DNA of 25,752 nucleotides from positions 1-25,752 of IMG/VR virus record IMGVR_UViG_3300037461_000219; one strand, 5' to 3'. The notes below the pieces were generated by a model, which had not been told where the DNA came from, made no database searches, and was given only the letters and a program-made list of their open reading frames with translations. This document shows, piece after piece, positions 8,770-15,822 of the stretch (its first letter is position 1; the number at the start of each line of letters is the position of its first letter). The translations under genes were made by a program, and so were the position numbers. The DNA is from a virus (lineage: Duplodnaviria; Caudoviricetes).

Positions 8770-9852
8770 TTACTTTTTGGGATTGTTAAGTGGTTTCCCT
8801 AACAGGAAATTACCGTCGAGAGCTTTGATCTCTTCAGCGAAGGGGACACTTACATTTTCAATGTCATCATCCTCGCCTCCGGCTTTTCCTTTGGGCTTTG
8901 TACTCTGAGATGTTGCTTTTGCCAGTGCTGTCCGGGCTTCGGCCAGTTCAGCGGTCAGGCGTTCAACATCAGAGTTGCGGGCCGTGAGTTCTTCCCGCAG
9001 TGCCGTGACAACTGCCTCCGGCTGTGCTTCTGCTGCTGCCTCCTGCACGTCCTCGACGGCCTCAACAACTGCTTCTGCTGTCTCACTTGTAACTTCGGCT
9101 GCGGCCTCAGTCACTGGTTCTGCTGCTGCGTCCTCGACCTCGGCAGCCACATCGCCACCCTCGGCAGCAACGGTTTCGTTTTCTTCTCCTTTCAGAAAAT
9201 CAACGATCTTTTCAAAGAAATTCTTGTCTTTCATATATTTATCCTGAATTTGCGGTAACTTAAACTTTTCAAATGCTTCAATATCTCCACGAGCCAGCGC
9301 AACGGCTTTTGAAGGCTCAATTATTTCATCAATCAGCCCGGCTTCCTTTGCTTCTTCGGCATCAATCCACTTGCCGTAACCGTTGTTTTCATCCATCAAT
9401 GACCGGACCTTTGCTTCGTCTGCACCTCTTTTGATGTAGATATCCGTTAACCGGGCATCAACTTTCTTCAGGTCATCAACTGCGGCCTCAATGTCATTGA
9501 CATTTCCCATTGCAATATTCGAAGCATGATGAATAAGGTAAAGTGCATTGGATGACATCTGCCGTTTTGTGCCGCTTTGCGCAATAAGAGTTGCAGCAGA
9601 AGCAGTAAGACTAAATACACGAGTAATGATCTCACCTTTAAACATAGAAAGTGCATCATGAATCATGAGCCCGTCTGAAACATAACCGCCAAGGCTATTG
9701 ATGTTTATCGTTATTTTCTTGACTTTTGAGTTGACCAGGTCGGCCAACTGCTTTCTGACAGCAGGCCACGTTGCCGAATCGTCCCAGCCAATCGTGCCGG
9801 AAATTTCAATCTCGGCTTCGCTTTCGCTTTTGTTCGTTATCGTAAATTGCAT
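8770..9852 (-). CDS. clpP: ClpP-type (S14) prohead protease with acidic Ala/Glu-rich and coiled-coil scaffold C-terminus
   Basis: ISGTIGW, INSLGGYV, TASAATLI (Ser), YLIHHAS (His), WIDAEEAKEAGLID. Confidence 0.92.
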   Translation of the reverse strand: MQFTITNKSESEAEIEISGTIGWDDSATWPAVRKQLADLVNSKVKKITININSLGGYVSDGLMIHDALSMFKGEIITRVFSLTASAATLIAQSGTKRQMSSNALYLIHHASNIAMGNVNDIEAAVDDLKKVDARLTDIYIKRGADEAKVRSLMDENNGYGKWIDAEEAKEAGLIDEIIEPSKAVALARGDIEAFEKFKLPQIQDKYMKDKNFFEKIVDFLKGEENETVAAEGGDVAAEVEDAAAEPVTEAAAEVTSETAEAVVEAVEDVQEAAAEAQPEAVVTALREELTARNSDVERLTAELAEARTALAKATSQSTKPKGKAGGEDDDIENVSVPFAEEIKALDGNFLLGKPLNNPKK

Positions 9853-9869
9853 AACTCTGACCTTTTCGC

Positions 9870-9877
9870 CAAAATTA
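9870..9877 (-). promoter_or_regulatory. -7 promoter element (TAATTTTG) of the clpP-capsid operon
   Basis: TAnnTTTG 17 nt upstream of the clpP ATG and downstream of a terminator. Confidence 0.65.
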
Positions 9878-9916
9878 CGCCCGTTGTATTAAATAATCAG
9901 ATAAATATTTTACATG

Positions 9917-9940
9917 AAAAAAGCCCGGATTTCTCCGAGC
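9917..9940 (-). terminator. Intrinsic terminator closing the RAMP/array cassette
   Basis: Minus strand GCTCGGA-GAAA-TCCGGGC (one G-U pair, GNRA loop) followed by T6. Confidence 0.85.
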
Positions 9941-9950
9941 TTCTTCCTTT

Positions 9951-10229
9951 AACTTACCATACCGCGCCAAAACTCACCTAGCCCAACCCCGCCATGCCGT
10001 ACCCCGTCTCTCCATACCTTAACTGCCTCACCTTACCATACCTGACCGCACCAAACCTAAACCTACCCCAACTGGCCAAACCAAACCGTATCACACCCCA
10101 CCTTACCTGCCATGCCAAGCCTCATCATACCACGCCCAACCAAGCCGTACCAGACCCCACCTTACCGCAACTGCCTTAACATACCAAACCATAACTAACC
10201 CCTCCAATCCAACCCTCTCCGCACCTGCC
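9951..10229 (-). ncRNA. Putative guide-RNA array of alternating GGY/NN motifs, four units (VIPR-like RNA)
   Basis: Strict 5-nt period: all 49 spacer triplets begin with G and 35 are GGY. The 52 variable dinucleotides fall in units headed by GGCAG(G/T)T at 10223-10229, 10169-10175, 10105-10111 and 10021-10027. Starts 4 nt after a stop codon and ends before a terminator. Confidence 0.85.
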
Positions 10230-10233
10230 GGTT

Positions 10234-10686
10234 TTATATCGCATCAATAGCCTGATTGATATGTTCGAGAACCTTGTTAAACTGTTTGTAAAGTTTCAGC
10301 TTGTTTTTCAGGGTATTCAGTTGTTGAATGATCCCGGCCTTAATGTACTCAATGTTATCATAGGTGAAGGTATCAATACTCTGATACCCCTCCTTTCGGC
10401 TTATCACTTCATACACATCAACCTCGCGGGCCTCACCGTCAGAGATAACCGACACCTGAATATTGTTCAGAAGGCTCCGGGCTTGTTGTATTCTCCATAA
10501 CTGCCCCGCCCGTGTGTCATCCCACTCAAAGAATTTATGAAGGACAGACCCTTCATCCTCTGCCGCCTTAACGACAAGATCAGGAGTGATAGAACCATAC
10601 AAATTCTGTATGCGTGTCAATTCCGCAACGGCATCTTCAGGATTAATCCCCTTTGCCAGTCCTTTCATTTTCCAATTGTAGCTCAT
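10234..10686 (-). CDS. Accessory protein of the RAMP/array cassette (150 aa, helical, unknown function)
   Basis: Start 10686 overlaps the RAMP stop (TAATG). Motif ITPDLVVKAA..EGSVLHKFFEWDD..AGQLWRIQQARSLL. Confidence 0.8.
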   Translation of the reverse strand: MSYNWKMKGLAKGINPEDAVAELTRIQNLYGSITPDLVVKAAEDEGSVLHKFFEWDDTRAGQLWRIQQARSLLNNIQVSVISDGEAREVDVYEVISRKEGYQSIDTFTYDNIEYIKAGIIQQLNTLKNKLKLYKQFNKVLEHINQAIDAI

Positions 10687-11279
10687 TATTTTTCCTCCGC
10701 TAATTTGAAACGACCATAATTGAACTTTGTTTTTTCGGGCCTCATTTCGCCAATGCCGCACCCATAACCAGCAGCCTTAACGAGCTGGTAAATCTGATCC
10801 AGGCTGACAACTCCGGAGTTAAACTCCACAGTAAGAATAGCAGACCACTCAGGATATTCCGGCCTGTAACGTATGTCAGCAGAGCCCATACCAACCCGTA
10901 CCATGTCGGTACGCATACGGCAATCACCGAAAATTCTGACAAGCTGTGTTTCTTCGCAGTCAGCCTTAATAAAAAACGATGTTTGCGTGTCTTTCATAAC
11001 CATGCCAATCATCTTTGCGCCCCGAATTAGCGCGGCCTTGAAGCCAGCAGCAGGGAAGCCGTCCCATCCTTCGGGCGACTTGTGTTTTGCCTGTTCATAG
11101 TCTTCTTCCGGCACTCGAATGTCGTGCTTTTTGTTCTTCGCCTTACCGGCCTGTTTGTCGGCCATCTCTCTTTTTACCTTCTCGCTCCACTTGTGAACAA
11201 TAAGAGGAGAAACACCACTAATCGGAATCTGAACCTCACGGATTGCAAACTCCATCACTTCAACTTTACTCGTACTCAT
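10686..11279 (-). CDS. Cas7/RAMP-like RNA-binding protein (Vipr-like)
   Basis: RAMP-style motif order: first strand ISGVSPLIVH, FPAAGFKAALIRGA (cf. Csm3/Cas7 IPGSSLKGALR), RYRPEYPEWSAILTVEF, and a C-terminal Gly-rich loop AGYGCGIGEMRP...YGRF. Adjacent to the repeat array. Confidence 0.78.
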   Translation of the reverse strand: MSTSKVEVMEFAIREVQIPISGVSPLIVHKWSEKVKREMADKQAGKAKNKKHDIRVPEEDYEQAKHKSPEGWDGFPAAGFKAALIRGAKMIGMVMKDTQTSFFIKADCEETQLVRIFGDCRMRTDMVRVGMGSADIRYRPEYPEWSAILTVEFNSGVVSLDQIYQLVKAAGYGCGIGEMRPEKTKFNYGRFKLAEEK

Positions 11280-11299
11280 AATAATTTGTTTTAATTTTA

Positions 11300-11374
11300 A
11301 AGGCCCCGATTGTACGAGAATCGGAGCCTTCAGGTTATAACCTTAAATTTCTTTTTGCATTCTCGTACAATGCA
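11300..11374 (-). promoter_or_regulatory. Structured 5' leader: two hairpins with complementary 7-nt loops and a 12-bp palindrome
   Basis: Hairpin at 11356-11374 (loop GTACGAG on the transcript), hairpin at 11300-11330 (loop CTCGTAC), and AGGTTATAACCT at 11332-11343. Confidence 0.7.
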
Positions 11375-11377
11375 CCT

Positions 11378-11385
11378 CAAAGATA
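11378..11385 (-). promoter_or_regulatory. -7 promoter element (TATCTTTG) of the RAMP cassette
   Basis: TAnnTTTG immediately upstream of the first leader hairpin. Confidence 0.7.
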
Positions 11386-11399
11386 ATCCAATATTTTAA

Positions 11400-11645
11400 T
11401 TAAACAACTTTTTTACACAAATATTTTTTCACTGTATCCGGCGAAACGCAAAACTCATCAGCAATGCGATCCTTTGTATGGTCTTTCATGCCTCTTTCCG
11501 GCTGTGCCTTTTCGTATTCGGCAACAATCAGAAACCTCCGGGCAGAATGCTCTGTAATCAATCCAACGGAAAATAGTTGAAAAATGACCTCCTTTGGAGC
11601 AACATCTTTCATCCGTTCGGCAGTCTCTTTTTTAATGTCAATCAT
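11400..11645 (-). CDS. Small HTH-containing protein
   Basis: C-terminal KDRIADEFCVSPDTVKKYL is helix-turn-helix-like. ATGA overlap with the tape measure gene. Confidence 0.65.
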   Translation of the reverse strand: MIDIKKETAERMKDVAPKEVIFQLFSVGLITEHSARRFLIVAEYEKAQPERGMKDHTKDRIADEFCVSPDTVKKYLCKKVV

Positions 11646-13798
11646 AACGACCCGCTTTTTGTGATTATATCCAATCTCTTTTGAGCCTCATTAAGTTCAG
11701 GTAGAACAAGCTGCACACGTTTATCGTTTATCCCTGCTATCAGACGATCAACAAAAGCACCCATGTCACCACCGTAACCGGCAGATGGAGTGATACCGCC
11801 GACGATACCGCCGTCAGCAAATCCAGGCACCCCGGCACGCTTCAGCGAGGCCGAACCAAGAGCTAACTGCTGTCGCTGGTTAAGGATTACCTCGCCTTGT
11901 TTTGCAATAATTAAAGTATCATCTCCCCGGCTGTCAGGTCTGATTCTTGCACCTCCGACAATACGACCGCCGGAAGCGAACTTCTGAGCCTTAATAATTC
12001 CTATCTGTATCGCACTCTGAACCGCTAAAGCCGCAGCCGCAACCCATCCGGCAGGAGTAAATCCGTATTCAACAAATGTTTTTGTGATTCCAAGTGCGGC
12101 ATTAATGAACGCTTGTTTTATGTCATTTTTCTGTTGTTCACGGGCGTATTTCTTTTTAATCTCTGCCCGTTGCTGTTCGGTTAAGTTCTCATTGTCAAGT
12201 TCAGCCTGCATCTCTGCATTGAGCCTGTCACGCTTGTTGGCAAAGATACTCTGTGCAGCCATGTCAATCCCATTCAGGGCAGCTACGGCTATGTCTTTCT
12301 TCTTCTGCTGGCTTTCTGCCTCATCATCCTCATCCGCCTTCCGGTATTCGGCCATCCGTGCATTACGTTCTTCCTGTTGTTTAATAAACGCCTCACGGGA
12401 CTTTGCCATACCCGTCTCCCATTCTTCATCAGAGAATAAAGGTTCAGATATTGCCTCGGTTATTGCATTAGGGTCAAAAGTATATTCTATATCCTTTAAA
12501 GCACGAGCAAAAACGAAACTATATTTTTCAATCTCTTCCCGCAGCTTAGCGTACTCTTCTGCTTTTTTCTGAACTACCTTAATTTCCTTTTCGCCTACAG
12601 TATTACTTTGACTTAGTAATGTCCCGTATTGTGTATAAATTCTTTTATTTTCCGTAAACCATGAATATTCCGCCTCTTTTTTCTTCTCGTATAATGAAAG
12701 AAATATATCCTTTTCTTTGTCGGTTAGCTTATCGTAATCTCTTACCGCTTCAGCATAAGCCTTTGCCCCATCCCCGAGCGCCAGCCTACGCTGCCTTGCG
12801 TTTTCGTAAGCATCAACAAGACTATTACTTGCCGCCTTATCCATCTCTCTTGTTAGGTCAAGATACTGACGGCCTATTGCCATTAAATCCTGAGTGGCTT
12901 CATCCTGTCGAATGAATGCATCGAGCTGCTCCTGCGTTAATTGTGATAGTCCTGATATTTTTTTTGCATATGCATCAAACTCTTCATTAGCAAGTGCCTG
13001 TTTTTTTACTCCCTGTTCCTTCGCAAGTCTTAAATATTCCTCTGCGGCTGCCGCTCTTTTTTGATATGCTTCTGCTGACTTATCAGATTCATCTTTCATT
13101 ATCATCTCAAGGTCTGCCATTCTTACCTTAAGGTCAGCTTCTTCAATTTTGAATGCTCTATTTTTATCTTCAAGTGCATCCATTACAAGTACAAACTCCT
13201 TCCCCGCATTAATAGCAGAACGCATATTACCAAGAAAAGAACTCCAGTCCCCGGTGGCCATGCTTTTAAAGAAATTATCTACACCTCCTTTAGCCGCTGC
13301 TATTGTGGCCTCAAGTGCAGTACCCGAACTATCTGCACTGTTCATTATGTCAGTAAATAGTTTTATCGCTCCACGGGCTGCCGCAAAACCAGCGATCAAT
13401 CCAGTCATTGCGGTTTCTATCTTCTTGAACGACGCCGTGAACCCTCTCTCATACTCACCGACAAGCGTAGTACTTCCGCTCATTGCCCGGTCATAATTGC
13501 GAATAGCAACGGAATTTTCATTAATCTTTGCAATCACTTTCTCACGTGCGGCGATTTCCTGCTGCGTAACACCCCGCATGTTATTGGCCTGTTGCCTCAG
13601 TAGTGCAGTGTCAGCCCTTAACTTGGCAATACTCCCAGCCTCGGCATTGATAGCTTTTGCAGCTAAGGTGCTTTCTTGTTTCAATAACCTTTTTGACTGA
13701 GCCAGCTTATCAGTCTCGGTTGTCAGAAACTCAAGGTCCTGTTTTGCTTCTCCGAAGCCCTGTACCTCAATCCGGAGTATCGTAGTTTTGTCAGCCAT
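11642..13798 (-). CDS. Tail tape measure protein
   Basis: 718 aa, helical, Ala/Glu/Lys-rich. VGEY motif, hydrophobic AAAALAV segment, KFASGG, GEVILN and PGFADGG C-terminal motifs. Confidence 0.85.
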   Translation of the reverse strand: MADKTTILRIEVQGFGEAKQDLEFLTTETDKLAQSKRLLKQESTLAAKAINAEAGSIAKLRADTALLRQQANNMRGVTQQEIAAREKVIAKINENSVAIRNYDRAMSGSTTLVGEYERGFTASFKKIETAMTGLIAGFAAARGAIKLFTDIMNSADSSGTALEATIAAAKGGVDNFFKSMATGDWSSFLGNMRSAINAGKEFVLVMDALEDKNRAFKIEEADLKVRMADLEMIMKDESDKSAEAYQKRAAAAEEYLRLAKEQGVKKQALANEEFDAYAKKISGLSQLTQEQLDAFIRQDEATQDLMAIGRQYLDLTREMDKAASNSLVDAYENARQRRLALGDGAKAYAEAVRDYDKLTDKEKDIFLSLYEKKKEAEYSWFTENKRIYTQYGTLLSQSNTVGEKEIKVVQKKAEEYAKLREEIEKYSFVFARALKDIEYTFDPNAITEAISEPLFSDEEWETGMAKSREAFIKQQEERNARMAEYRKADEDDEAESQQKKKDIAVAALNGIDMAAQSIFANKRDRLNAEMQAELDNENLTEQQRAEIKKKYAREQQKNDIKQAFINAALGITKTFVEYGFTPAGWVAAAALAVQSAIQIGIIKAQKFASGGRIVGGARIRPDSRGDDTLIIAKQGEVILNQRQQLALGSASLKRAGVPGFADGGIVGGITPSAGYGGDMGAFVDRLIAGINDKRVQLVLPELNEAQKRLDIITKSGSL

Positions 13799-15822
13799 TA
13801 GTGCTTAATTATAAGTTCAAGGCGCATTTTCACGCCGTTAAATTCTATTTTATTAAGATAGCCGTAAAGATACTCACCATTTACCGCAATTTTATACATC
13901 GCACGGAAACCTTCTGAATTTATATCGTTAACAACAGTTATAAATTGTTGCACAAGCGATATATCAGATTTACCCTCAATAGTTAGTAGTTTTCCCCTGT
14001 CAATAAGATGAAATGTTTTTTGAAAGTTAGTCGAATACAACGCCGCCATATCTATTGTAGTAGCCTTCGGCCATGTGCTGCGTGATCCGCCGTCGAGATA
14101 CCATGTACTACCCGAAGTAAGCCCCACCCAGCGAAGCAACCGAGGGACAAATCCCGTAGTCCGATAAGCAGGAGTATAATCATATTCAGTTACAGTATCT
14201 TCTTTGCCAAAAATTCTAAGAACAGAAGCAACGGCTGGTGTAAGAAAATAACAATAATCTGCCACAGTGTAACCAAATAGGTTATTTTCATAGTCCTCTA
14301 TCCCTTTTTCGGCATATTCACTACTTAATGTTATCTGTTTCACGTATGGTTCTGAATGCGTTTTGAGATAAATCTCTATTGCATTATCGCCCGTGTCTTT
14401 TTTCAGCCGTAAGTTAAGGACAGACTTGTAGTTATTGGCAATGTTTTCTGTTTTTACCTCACTCAGATCAACATTCAATATCTCACGCTCATTATCAGTA
14501 TATGTATCATCACCATTTTCAATATACACAACTTGGTTCATTAGGTCAGGCATAAATTTAAGATTATATGCCTGTTTTATTGCTTTGACAAAATCTATGC
14601 ATGTTACATCGGGGAGCATTGATGCAACGTCCACTGTTTTGCCTATGCCCATATAAAGGCACCGCTGATCCCATACAAGCGTGAGTTGTGAATCAGTAGT
14701 AAGAAATAATGTAACTGTTTGATTTGACCCAGATGTCTCAGTTAAATTCATCTGAGCATCAACCTGAAAATAAGCATATTCTCCAACTTCAAAATGAGCA
14801 AATACATTCTCAAAAGTAAACTCCCCTAAAGTCAATATATCCGCCCCCGTGTAATCACTCCACGCTTTCTGGCCCAATAACGTAGGAGTTATACCGTCAG
14901 TCTTATAAAGTAATATTGTGATATTTTGGCTGTTAATGGTAAGCTGTGATTTATTAGTTGCCGACCAGTTAGTTTTTATATAGAGCTTAAAATTATAAGT
15001 ACCATCCTCGTTAATTGTATAACTGTTGGTCCCCAGTATCCATGCCGACGCTTCATCGGTGATTTCATTTTGCAATGATACCGGATTGAAGCTAAACGAC
15101 ACATCAGCCGTATCATCATGTACTATTGTATCACTGTCATTATTATCACTTGTGGAGTTTACTTTTACATCCAGGTCTTTACCGTCAATAAAATCTTTGC
15201 TTGCCTTTGTTTCATTGGCAAGGATATAGTCCTCGGCTGCATCTGTAAGCCATCCGCCGGATATGGTCCACGGTGCAAAAATCGCCTCAAGAATATCAAC
15301 AATCCTAAACATCGGAAGAAAATCATTTGCAGACCAATCTGCCGTCGCCCCGTATTGTTGACTGAACAGCTGAGCAAATAATATCATCGGGTATCTGTAG
15401 AAATTTCCGGCCCCGGTCCATGATGCAACAATATTAGTGCTATTGTACACATGGTTATATGAGGAAAGATCAACATCTCTTAGCTTCGTATCACTAAAAT
15501 GATCCGTCCATCCGGTGCCCTGTATTATTATATCAGCAGAAATACCAACGATATGGCTAATCACCTTAACCTTCCCCTTGAGAATGAGAAGGCCGTTAAC
15601 AAAAACGTATCCCGTGTCAGTGATCTCTGAAAAACAATTTATCTCGTTATTATACTGAAGTAGCTTACGATTAGCTGCAGTGAGAGGAAGAGATATTTCA
15701 TAAGACGATGCTGTACGTCCCTCGGTAATATCACGTAGGTCTCCCCCGGAGAATATAACATTAACGTCTCCGGAGAAATCACACTTCTCAGTTCCTATAT
15801 ATATCTCAGAAGCCATAATCAA
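13798..15822 (-). CDS. Tail tip/baseplate hub-like structural protein
   Basis: 674 aa. SYEISLPLTAAN, YRYPMI, LPDVTCIDFVKAIKQAYNL and PRLL motifs resemble Bacteroidota siphophage tail proteins. Start may be 15816. Confidence 0.65.
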   Translation of the reverse strand: MIMASEIYIGTEKCDFSGDVNVIFSGGDLRDITEGRTASSYEISLPLTAANRKLLQYNNEINCFSEITDTGYVFVNGLLILKGKVKVISHIVGISADIIIQGTGWTDHFSDTKLRDVDLSSYNHVYNSTNIVASWTGAGNFYRYPMILFAQLFSQQYGATADWSANDFLPMFRIVDILEAIFAPWTISGGWLTDAAEDYILANETKASKDFIDGKDLDVKVNSTSDNNDSDTIVHDDTADVSFSFNPVSLQNEITDEASAWILGTNSYTINEDGTYNFKLYIKTNWSATNKSQLTINSQNITILLYKTDGITPTLLGQKAWSDYTGADILTLGEFTFENVFAHFEVGEYAYFQVDAQMNLTETSGSNQTVTLFLTTDSQLTLVWDQRCLYMGIGKTVDVASMLPDVTCIDFVKAIKQAYNLKFMPDLMNQVVYIENGDDTYTDNEREILNVDLSEVKTENIANNYKSVLNLRLKKDTGDNAIEIYLKTHSEPYVKQITLSSEYAEKGIEDYENNLFGYTVADYCYFLTPAVASVLRIFGKEDTVTEYDYTPAYRTTGFVPRLLRWVGLTSGSTWYLDGGSRSTWPKATTIDMAALYSTNFQKTFHLIDRGKLLTIEGKSDISLVQQFITVVNDINSEGFRAMYKIAVNGEYLYGYLNKIEFNGVKMRLELIIKH

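Noticed and set aside
8880-9190. Low-complexity Ala/Glu repeats in clpP
   Set aside because: Explained by the acidic scaffold linker of the prohead protease. No fixed DNA period.
9994-10179. Plus-strand 61-aa Pro-rich ORF over the array
   Set aside because: A by-product of the NN-RCC periodicity. It is antisense to all genes and has no supporting context.
9951-10229. CRISPR array or simple microsatellite
   Set aside because: There are no 23-50-nt identical repeats with spacers, and the variable dinucleotides are too diverse for slippage expansion.
10687-10761. Longer start (10761) for the partner gene
   Set aside because: It overlaps the RAMP gene by 75 nt. The TAATG-coupled ATG at 10686 is more plausible.
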